Shown here piece after piece: positions 55,201-64,000 of a DNA stretch of 64,000 nucleotides. Source of the DNA: Antedon mediterranea. Lineage: Eukaryota > Animalia > Echinodermata. How positions within the stretch are numbered: the first letter of the stretch is position 1; every line of letters begins with the position of its first letter. A program made the translations under genes and the position numbers. The DNA is taken from NCBI RefSeq assembly GCF_964355755.1, contig NC_092673.1:6076001-6140000 (forward strand), in the 5' to 3' direction. The notes beneath the pieces are model-generated. The model saw only the letters and a list, made by a program, of their open reading frames with translations. It was not told the origin of the DNA and did no database searches.

Positions 55201-58200
55201 ATGAATAAGTGTGAACAAAAGAAGTATCGATAGTCACCATTGTTATTTTACCATTTTCAAGTATAGAGTATCATGGTCCTGACGTCACGAAAAATGCGTT
55301 CAACCTGCCTGAGTGACTTTAAGGTCACCAATGGTTTGGAATAGGCTTATTGAACTAGTCATTTTAAAACATAATAATTTTCAATTAAAACAAACTAAAA
55401 TTTCAAAAGATCACTAAATATTTGTTTTTTAATAATCTATTTATTCTTCAACTACAGTTTAAGTAAAAAAAAATCAAGCTAAGATACATAATTTTTTTGG
55501 TTGGCTAGCAACCATGCAGCGCCCTCTATCGTTGTGACGTCACACCGTGATACTCTATAGTGCAAACAAGACTTTGTGGCACACAATTTTAGAAGTACCG
55601 ATAGTCACCATTGTTATTTTACCATTTTCAAGTATAGGGCAAACAAGACTTTGGGGCACACAATTTTATAAATGAGGCTCTTTCCGCTTTAACACTGTCA
55701 GCAAAGAGCGACATTACTATCAATGTGGTCTCATGATTATATTTTATATCATCAAACGATAGAAATTTCAAACATACTCATCCTGAAACTCTAGGCTCTG
55801 CACTCCTTTTGATTTTACTACATGATACTCTGAAGGAATCAAGGTCTCAGGAACGCTCATTGGTTGCTGTGGATGGAAAAAAGTACACATTATTAAAGCT
55901 CTGTCTACACTATCAAACAAAATGTGTGGTGTGCCAAACTATGGTAGTGATATTCCCAAACATGGTAATGATATGACATCATTATGTCCATATAAGGGCA
56001 CATCACAATTTTTGGTCATATAAAGTTTGATAATGTAAACAGAGCTTAAGATTGTTGGAAATAATATTTTAAAATCTCTCTAAAGCTCTGTTTAACACTA
56101 TCAAACTAGTTTAACAAAAAAAGTGTGGTGAGCCCAAATATGGTAGTAATATGACATCATCATGTCCATATAATTATAAGGGCACATCACATTTGTTTGT
56201 CACATAAAGTTTGATAGTGAGACAGAGCTTTACAAAGTGTACAGCTATCAATAATAATATCTACAGTTTGTATCATATACTAGAAGAACTGGTTGTCACA
56301 ATGGCAGATAGGAAGTTATGGAGGAATCTAGTCATATAACTTTGGATATATCCCAGACTAAGTAAGTAAGTGCATATGTATTTGGCCCAGTTTAGCCTGC
56401 GACTGCGGTTAACTTGACAATGCCTACAAAAATCACCTTAATAGTATCCAGATGGTCTTTGTGTTTTTCTAACCCTCTTATTGTACTTCTATCTGTCATG
56501 TCTGGTTTCAGAACAGGAAGATCAGTAATAGGCACATCATACAAAAATGATATGTCCCTGAAAAACAAAATCATTTTTTAAATTTGCATAAAGCCAAAGT
56601 GTGTAATGTACTGTGTGATGTTACGATCCGATGCCATCAGATCAGACAATGACCGGTTATTTGTTGTTGGTGGTTGCCAAGGATGTTGAATAGCTCTACC
56701 AGTCATTTCATTACGTATAATTATATAAATGTTGTGACTTAAAATAAAGTAAAACAACTTTTTTATAATTATAACCTCCGTTTTTTCCACAGAAGCCATA
56801 TGAAATTATTTGACCACTTTATTTCTGTTAATTAAATAATAGATTGAACATAATATTTAGAAAAAAGGTAACTGACCTCCCAGCACCAGTCATTGATTTT
56901 GGATGATTGGTCAAATGTTGGAACTTCTTTCTTCTGTTGGGATAGTTCCATAGGTTAGCTGCTGGTGCATTACCTTTACTGATTGAAGCCTGCAATTAAC
57001 ATAAAAATTATGAAGAAATGTATATCAGTTTAAAATAGAAATATATATGGAATATAAACATATAGAATTCTTTCACTAAGCTAGTTTAATGTTACGATTG
57101 TGTATTAATTTAAAATGCACTTTCATTAAATTCGAACAATATTTTATATTTATCCCACGTATTTATTCCCGAAAGTGATCTATTTATGTCAATTATTTTA
57201 ATAATGTTTTTAATATTTTTGTTGCACATTTCGCAAGAGATACAATAAAGTAATTATTATGGTTAAATTAGTAGAACTACATCTTTTGGGACACCTCAAC
57301 TAAGAAGATACTTTGTTGGGTCTTGAAGGTGTCCCCTATGTGTTCTACTGTACAACAAAACAGGTACAAAATCATTATTTATTACAATTTTTTTTAAATA
57401 TCCGACAAACTTTGCATTGAAAAAAGCTTAATTTAGGTCTGTTTTTAGAGAAATGAATTTTGGAAATGATGGCTGTAATATTTAATACAAATAAAAGATT
57501 AATTCAAAAGAACAATATAAATTTTAATCAATTAATTTAAAAAGATATTTTAACCTGCTAAAGGGTTTGCTATGGTAAATGCACTGGTCAATTGTATGAC
57601 CCCAGGAAGAGGTGCGTCATTTACAAATACTTATTGACGCAGGGGTGCTTAAAAAAACCTAGTTGGTACTTCACATCAATGAACAATGGTGTGTCAATGT
57701 CCGTCATTTTACCACCCACCATATCATGAAAAACATGGTCAAATTGGGTGCGTCATGGACACCAAAAGGTAAGTCAATTTTATGTGCGGCATGGTATTCA
57801 TAAAGGTATGAGGCACATCAAACTAATGACGCACCTCTCCCCGGGGTCGTATTGTGGGTCATACAAGTGCATGATACTCTACATATTAGAGAGTTTTCGC
57901 AATCTTACGAATACGATAACGAAAATGGATACGTCACGCACACGTATTCGTTTTCGTAAGCCATAAAAAAATCTGTTTCGCATGGCAACGAAATATCGAG
58001 GCGCGTCTAAAATATGACTGCAGTAAATTTGAGCGAAGCGCAGGTACGTGTTGCTTGGTGCTTGGCCAGCTGCCTAGGCCTAGCGTAACATCAAAGCGAG
58101 TGAGGACTTTAAAAACTGCTATTTATCTAAATTGACCTGGCATTTTAGTAAATTACTTTAGTAAATTACTTTTAATAAATCTATAATTATATTATAATCA

Positions 58201-58830
58201 TGAATTATTCCTAATTCAAATGCAAAAAGTGCAAAATAGATCAAAAACTATACTCGTTTTGTAGTTACGAATGACTGGTGATATTCGTCAACACGAATAC
58301 GCCTTACGAATATGAAATGGGGATCAGCTCAAAAGTTTCACAAATGTGTGACGTATCCGTTTTCGTTATCGTATTCGTATGGTTGCGAAACCTCCCGATT
58401 AACTATGATATTACGTACATTTTTGGTTTTGTGTGGAGTTGGAAGACCTTCTTTTGGAACCGGCTTTGGGATCTTGGTGAGGGCGTTCAGAATCTCCTCG
58501 GGAATGAATTCACTTTGTAATGACGTTGGAAGTGGTTTAGATTTATCGATGTAAGCATCACTGGATTTCAAATCTGGAAGCACTCCTATAAAATAATATT
58601 TTAGCAATTTAGAAAAATACACATTCATTCACAACGTGGTGTTTCAACGTGGTAAAGCCGTATTATTGTGTGACATTGACAATGTAGTAGCTCAATAAAT
58701 AACTGTGTTAAGTTCTATGCAGAGGGAGAAGGAAATTTTTACCATCAACTCTACCAGGCATGATGAACATTGGGACATCCTCATTGGATAGATCTTTGGT
58801 GTCTGGTACAATACCCACCACAGCAGACAT
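34286..58830 (-). CDS. AXDND1: Axonemal dynein light chain domain-containing protein 1, about 1106 aa
   Basis: 24 phase-consistent GT-AG exons totalling 3321 nt: 58743-58830, 58419-58585, 56877-56989, 56437-56557, 55778-55866, 54877-54933, 54340-54523, 53041-53228, 52361-52427, 52216-52253, 51736-51856, 50992-51260, 44371-44455, 43208-43390, 39296-39347, 38940-39156, 38554-38647, 37946-38136, 37591-37687, 37089-37247, 36547-36651, 36198-36335, 34826-34932, 34286-34676. Recognised motifs: [79 protein letters not shown]. Confidence 0.92.
35360..36145 (-). mobile_element. Helentron-associated (HINE/DINE-like) element(s) with (GTCY)n microsatellite
   Basis: (GACA/GACC)n tracts at 35416-35478 and 36074-36108; terminal hairpin AGTCGC..GCGACT next to a T-run; the end segment TTACACGTGCGTAGCCTGTCACTTT also occurs at 9834. 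Confidence 0.55.
39417..39774. mobile_element. MITE with TIR TAGAGTTCTGCGGTG
   Basis: TAGAGTTCTGCGGTG ... CACCGCAGAACTCTA; a related inverted copy lies at 55262-55560. Confidence 0.75.
46166..46327. repeat. Inverted repeat / small MITE
   Basis: AAGTATCATAGGAATATTTGGTAATACA and TGTATTACCAAATATTCCTATGATACTT. Confidence 0.7.
47165..47380 (+). mobile_element. Deu-domain SINE 3' portion
   Basis: Matches 5385-5570 and has an A-rich tail. Confidence 0.75.
48127..49433 (-). CDS. Small secreted, probably GPI-anchored single Ig-like (V-set) protein nested in an AXDND1 intron, about 159 aa
   Basis: Exon 49421-49433 (ATG GTT TAC CAA G|GT) joins exon 48127-48593 (CAG|TG ATA), giving the signal peptide MVYQVILILTIACCADA. 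This is followed by the Ig E-F strand motif FRLTNLRLNDTGLYEV, a T/P/D/S stalk, and a C-terminal hydrophobic tail (MYLLIILITISQMLLL*) with no cytoplasmic part. Confidence 0.8.
48875..49170 (+). mobile_element. PLE pLTR remnant, family A, ending in (TA)n
   Basis: 48985-49145 matches 7339-7505; the left boundary is approximate. Confidence 0.7.
48985..49026 (+). ncRNA. Minimal type I hammerhead ribozyme motif
   Basis: Identical to 7339-7380 (CTGATGA at 48990, GAAA at 49013, cleavage after C49020). Confidence 0.8.
49683..49809. repeat. Inverted repeat upstream of the nested Ig gene
   Basis: CAGGTAAATACTTTTTGTTTCCTGACATAATT and AATTATGTCAGGAAACAAAAAGTATTTACCTG. Confidence 0.75.
53507..54146. mobile_element. 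Non-autonomous TTAA-flanked DNA transposon (Kolobok-like)
   Basis: TTAA-AGACCCCTTCCCT ... AGGGAATGGGGCT-TTAA; second partial copy at 25395. Confidence 0.8.
57595..57851. mobile_element. MITE with ~27-bp TIR
   Basis: TATGACCCCAGGAAGAGGTGCGTCATT ... AATGACGCACCTCTCCCCGGGGTCGTA. Confidence 0.75.
57887..58397. mobile_element. MITE with ~50-bp TIR
   Basis: TTTCGCAATCTTACGAATACGATAACGAAAATGGATACGTCAC and GTGACGTATCCGTTTTCGTTATCGTATTCGTATGGTTGCGAAA. Confidence 0.8.
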
Positions 58831-58975
58831 CACTAGATTGTTGTTCTAGAAACAAAAGAAGGTCCAGATATGAATTTAAGGTTAGGTTAACAACATGCTC
58901 AAACACCAAATTTGTAAAAGTGTTCTGTTTGAAAATAGACACCCCAGCACAGTCGCCCCATTGCAAAGTCGCCAC

Positions 58976-59140
58976 ATAAGGTTTATCGCAAATAGCTTCT
59001 ACAATGCATGATGGGAAGGGTTTCGGAGCAAACGTCACAACATGTTCGTACATGATTTGTTGTTTGTACGTACGCGTCGTGACGTTTGCTCCAAAATCCT
59101 TCCCACCATGCGTCGCGCACGCTATTTGCGATAAACCTTA
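58976..59140. mobile_element. Palindromic MITE
   Basis: ATAAGGTTTATCGCAAATAGC...GGAGCAAACGTCAC / GTGACGTTTGCTCC...GCTATTTGCGATAAACCTTAT. Confidence 0.75.
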
Positions 59141-59658
59141 TTGTTACAAATTGTTATATTTAATAATAAAAGACACATATATAGGCCTATTTCACATTAT
59201 TAAATATTATGTACTGTATGCCGCGAATTTATAATCTTATACTCTACTAGGCCTAGCCTAGATTTACAAATTGTCTAGGCTAGGCCTAGTCCTAAGTTTA
59301 GGACGGCTAGGCCTAGGGTAGGCCTAACTAATAGGCCTATAGGCTAGGCTTACATTACAACACTAGGCGTAACTACTAGTACTAGTAGACTACTAGGCCT
59401 AGGCCTCTAGGACCTACTAGGCCTAGTACTAGATAGTACTGGAACCCCTAGTACTAGGCCTACTACTAGGCCTAGATAGAGGCCTACGTACTCTAGCGGA
59501 GTCCCGTACTAACAAGTAGGAGGGCTCTAGGCTAGGGGCCTACTAGCTAGGAGGCTATATAGAATAGGTAATTATTGCTCTCTAGACCTCATCTAGTAGG
59601 CCTAGGCCTAGCTATGGTAGAGAGTGCTAACCATATTTACACGTAACTTTGACATTAC

Positions 59659-60195
59659 CTTTATAACAATAATTATATAGGCCTAATATTGATTGCAAAA
59701 AATGTGGATCGTCCCCCGCGTTGTTGTTGTGCGCGACCGGTCGTCATGGTATTGCTAACCCGCCCTCTGCCGTCAAAAAAGCAAAGACAAATAACATTTT
59801 AATTTGTTTACTCCATGTAATAAATAATAAAAAATACAGTAACATAATATCTAATAATAAGATTAATAAACTGAAAATAACTGATAAATAATAAACTGAA
59901 AATACTGATTAAATATTGTAAATACATTTGTTAGTGAGTTTATTTTTGTAAAGTTTTTTTAACCGGGCCGAATCGTCCCTGATTCGTACGTTAAATACGC
60001 ATAAACTATTGACCAATCAGATTCTTTCATACCATATACGATAAAAAAAAAAATATAATGATCATGATTTTTGTAATATTTAATTTTAAGAAGAACTTTC
60101 AAGAAAGAGTGTGATATTTAAGGTAAAAAAGCTGTCCGGGAAGCTTCTGACGTGACGTGAGGTCACGTGTACGTCATCGTGGAAATTCCCAACAA
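59659..60195. promoter_or_regulatory. Putative bidirectional promoter: AXDND1 non-coding exon 1 (minus, donor at 59658) and a plus-strand promoter with CCAAT, CRE/E-box and NF-kB motifs
   Basis: GC-richer patch at 59705-59775; CCAAT at about 60013; TGACGTGACGTGAGGTCACGTGTACGTCA at 60148-60176; GGAAATTCCC at 60181-60190 (GGGAATTTCC on the minus strand). Confidence 0.45.
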
Positions 60196-60329
60196 AAAAA
60201 ACCAATATTATAATTATAGTCGATCAGTCCTATACGTGATATTGTCCGTGGTAAGTATTACTATTATTTTGAATTAATAATTAACTGATACAAAGAGACT
60301 ACTTTTATTATGTTGTGTTGTATTTGTAG

Positions 60330-60649
60330 ATCTGAATTTAGAATTGGAATATTACAGGTCTCTACAAGAAATGAATGCATGACAGGGCTATCTTCCTGGT
60401 ATTCCTGATGATAGCTATTTCTTTCATGGCATGCCACCTGGCCAACCACGTTATACTTTCCAACTGTTCCCAGGTAGCAAAAGCCCATATGGTGGCCATG
60501 TTAGTCCCATTGGAATAAATATCGGCCCCACACAGCGAGATGTAATAAAGCCAAAGGCTAGAGGGCGTACTCCAGACTGAAAAGAGATTCCAACAGGAGG
60601 GGGAACCAACAAGATGGCGGCCGTAAATGTGTTCAAAAACATTATTTAA
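60330..60649 (+). pseudogene. Exon-like reading frame of about 105 codons interrupted by two in-frame TGA codons; identity unknown
   Basis: Donor GTG|GTAAGT at 60251 and acceptor TTTGTAG| at 60329. Frame: DLNLELEYYRSLQEMNA*QGYLPGIPDDSYFFHGMPPGQPRYTFQLFPGSKSPYGG...GRTPD*KEIPTGGGTNKMAAVNVFKNII*. Confidence 0.35.
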
Positions 60650-62308
60650 TATAAAAAATAATAATCTAATATAATACATTAAGACCATATAGAATGCGTT
60701 CACATTTATACGTTATATATATAGCAGATAGGCTCAACACAGGCGTAGTAGTGCGTATTGCGTAAAGCATATCTGATTGGTCGATTGCAGTCCCAATCGT
60801 GTTGGTTCCCTCACTTTTTGAACTGCGATAACATTGCAGATTGACATCCAGCCTTCGGCTATATAAAATATCATTGGTCTCACATGGCCAGGCTTTGCAC
60901 TCCCGAATCATATGGATTTCACTCCTAGCTCAATATGGGATCCATATGGACACCACATGGGCTGTAAATGGGTCCAACATGGGCTGCCCTTATGGGACCA
61001 ATATAGGATTTGCAACGACATCCATATGGCTCCCACGTGGGATAGCCCATCAAGCCCAGATATATCCCATATGTGACCCATTATTGCACCGACCCATGAT
61101 TCATATGGGTCCTGGCGTGGAATAGCCAATATAGATCCAGAGAGGAAAAACAATGCAAATCTGATACCTGTATATCTAATGTCAACTCAGTGAATAAAAA
61201 TACTAACAAACAAACAGACATATGCAATTGATTACATACCTCCTTGAATGGCGGAGGTAAATAAAGTTAGTAGTTAGCAATACATTTATTAAAACACACC
61301 TGCATTATCAAGAATATGGGCTACAAGACATGTGTCTGCCCATGTTTTGCATATGGGCCCCATGTAGTTTTGATTTAAGCAAACACATATTATAGCCCAT
61401 ATTGTTTGTATATTGGGCTCTTCGTAATATTAAGTGGGCAAGCCCATACGTACCTCTGTATAGAATATGGGCCCCATGGAGGTTTGATGTGGGCAAGCAG
61501 GGCACCTGTGAATGAATATCTTACCACTGGACAGGTGGTTGGTGAGTTTAATTTCTCGGAACCAGTGGCCATATTCACCAATCACACAGATATTTCTCTT
61601 ATATTAAGTATTTCACTTAAATTGTATTTACTTAGATTGGAGATTTTCTTAATTTTAAAGGTGTTTCCTCTGGTGTGAATGGTGAATATGGCCAAAGAGG
61701 TTCATCTTTAAAAACTTTCAAACCTCAGGCATAACAAACATGATCTGTCCAATTTTGAGCCACAATGTCATACATATGTTACATAATAGTATTTTCACTT
61801 TTAGCAGCCAAAATTAACAAGTTAAATTACATGGCATGAATTTCTGTTTCATACCTGATTACTGAAGTAGCCATTTAGCAATGTTTTCAACATTACATTT
61901 CAGACTAGAATGAAATTGCAGAAAAAATGGCCAGTGGCGATGATTATTATATTGTCCACCACTATAACTATCAATGGAAAGAAGTTTGCTGAGGATTGGA
62001 AATGGTTCAAGCCATTAACATGGAGCTTTGGTGGGAAACTTGAAGTTTGTACAAATGAATTCATAAAACCAAATTTTGCAAGTAAGGATCTATGTGTATT
62101 TCAATTGTCTATATATAGTACAGTATAGTAAAAATTCCAAAGCTCAAACTAAAAAAAAACAACCAAAATTTCAACATTGGGAAATTGTAATTTAAAAGTT
62201 ATTTAAAACAATAAATATCTTTAGAGCTTATTATTTCTTGTAGTACAGTACTACAATCTTACTTTTTGTCTCATGCGTAACACTAGCCAATTTAAACCAG
62301 TATCTCCC

Positions 62309-62506
62309 TGTAATGTTACTTGTTTATTTAATAAAGATAGGTAGTAGTCGTGACTTGATTAGTGTTTCATTTATTACATCTCAACCATCTTGGTTCTCCT
62401 ACATCAAGTGATGCCATGAGGCATTGCTCACTCAACTGTACACTAACTATAGAGGGCTCACTCTATACTTACAATATCATAGCCTTAACTATATGCTATC
62501 ATTACA
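62309..62506 (-). mobile_element. 3' LTR (198 bp) of the Gypsy element
   Basis: Inverted termini TGTAATG...CATTACA; polypurine tract AAAAAAAAGGGAGA immediately upstream on the minus strand (62507-62521); AATAAA inside. Confidence 0.8.
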
Positions 62507-62778
62507 TCTCCCTTTTTTTTTAAATTAAAAAGTTAATTACTGTTCATCTAAATCTACTAACTAACAACACTCTAACAATATCTTTTCCTTTGTTCACAAA
62601 ACAAAACTATTACATCTTTCTTCTCTTACATATATCCTAACAATCTTTATTTACAAAACCTCAACAGGCAAAAGCTCTTTCCTAACATACATACAGTACA
62701 TTACATATAATGCTGTTTATGTTGTGCTCAGAGGTAGACTATTCTGGCACACAATTTAGGGGTTATTCTGCCCTTAGT

Positions 62779-63999
62779 TCACAAATCTAGTTTTATCAAT
62801 TGTTTTCTGTTGCGTTTAGGGTAGCGACGTGTTTCTTGTGTGGTGTTTGGTTCTATTATATGTGATGTCTGTGAATCCTGCAAACTTGTTACTTTAATGA
62901 TATCTCTGCGATTGCGTCTATAATATTTTCCATCGCTTTCAACTGTGTATGATCGTGGACTTTCTTGTCTCTCAACGATTGTTGCTGGTTTCCACTGACA
63001 ATCTTTTCGCACATAAATTCTATCTCCAACTTTAAGTGTCTTTAGCGGTTTTGTTCCTTTGTCGTAATAGTTCTTTTGTTTTGCTTTGTTTTGTTTTAAT
63101 TGTCTCATGTTGTTTGTTACTTTTGGTTTCAGCAGTTTCGTAGACGTTGGTAAATGTGTTTTTGTTCTACGGCCCATTAGCATTTGTACTGGTGATGGTA
63201 ATCCATCTCTAGGTGTATTGCGGTAACTTAATAGCGCTAAATATGGATCTTGTTTATCTTCTCTCGCTTTTTTGAGTATCATTTTTGCGGTTTGAACTGC
63301 TTTTTCGGCTCTTCCATTTGCTTGCGGATAAAATGGGGAGGCTGTTGTATGTTTAAAATCATACACTTTGCCAAAATTTTGAAATTCCATTGACGCAAAT
63401 TGTGGTCCATTATCAGAAATTACTTCTTCTGGTATTCCATGTCTAGCAAATTGTTGCTTGCAAAATTTTATAACTGAGCTAGATTTCGTGCTTTTTAACA
63501 TGTTTATTTCGAAATATCCTGAATAATAGTCTACGATTATTAGGTATTCCTCAGCTTCTAGTGTGAATAGGTCCATGCCCACTTTCTGCCATGGTCTTGA
63601 TGGTATTTGATGGGCTACCATTGGTTCTTTTTGGTTTTTCATTCGGTGTTTTAGGCATATTTCACATTTTCCTACTGTGTCTGTCACTTGGGCATTTATT
63701 CCTGGCCAGAAGATTAAATCTTGTGCAAGTTTCTTTGTTTTTTCAATACCTTGGTGACTAGCATGCAATTTACTCAACATCAGTTTACGTTGTGTCGCTG
63801 GTATGATTAATCTGTTATTTTTGAATAGCATATCTCCTTCTACTAAGATTTCATCTCTATAATCCCAATATGGTTTAACATCTGGTTCTAGGATAGCTTT
63901 GTTCTCTGGCCATCCATTTATTACTACGTCCTTTAATTTACTTAAAGCTGTATCCTTTACTGTTTCATTCTTTATTTCTACTAGTCTTTCTTTTGTCAT
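62779..63999 (-). mobile_element. Ty3/Gypsy LTR retrotransposon pol C-terminus (integrase), intact ORF running off the right edge
   Basis: H2C2 zinc finger (LHASHQG...CEIC), rve core (GMDLF, VDYYS, SDNGPQF, NGRAEKAV) and SPRSY...RRNRR tail, with no stops over 406 aa. Confidence 0.95.
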
Positions 64000-64000
64000 T

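Noticed and set aside
59740-59760. RFX X-box-like motif at the AXDND1 promoter
   Set aside because: Only a partial match (GTCGTCATGGTATT) to the X-box consensus; plausible for a ciliary gene but not supportable.
60841-61581. Cluster of short ORFs rich in GP/HMG
   Set aside because: They derive from degenerate CCCATATGGG-type repeats of a repetitive element, with no coherent protein.

Overview
AT-rich, intron-containing animal genomic DNA. It is an invertebrate, probably a deuterostome such as an echinoderm (inferred from Deu-domain SINEs, TAGGCCTA richness and gene style). Most six-frame ORFs are spurious, and the real genes are spliced on the minus strand. From left to right: (1) a death-effector-domain (DED) cluster, consisting of a tandem-DED gene running off the left edge (exon 721-1336), a paralogue with three DED-like domains and no visible protease exons (12825-16190), and a 7-exon single-DED caspase with intact SHG and QACRS motifs (24453-28951); (2) a nested retroelement pile at about 6.2-9.8 kb: an L1/Tx1-like LINE, a CR1/L2-group LINE, and Penelope-like (PLE) remnants inserted in (TA)n. 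The PLE remnants include a 755-bp near-perfect hairpin and three minimal hammerhead ribozyme motifs, with a fourth at about 48990; (3) a 24-exon AXDND1 orthologue (34286-58830, about 1106 aa) with candidate 9-, 12- and 54-nt optional exons and a same-strand nested gene for a small GPI-anchored Ig-domain protein; (4) a divergent plus-strand unit with NF-kB/CRE sites and a reading frame broken by two TGA codons; (5) the 3' end of a Gypsy LTR element (integrase, PPT, 198-bp LTR). Many MITEs and SINEs are scattered throughout. All exon boundaries and identities were worked out by hand, and no database searches were run.
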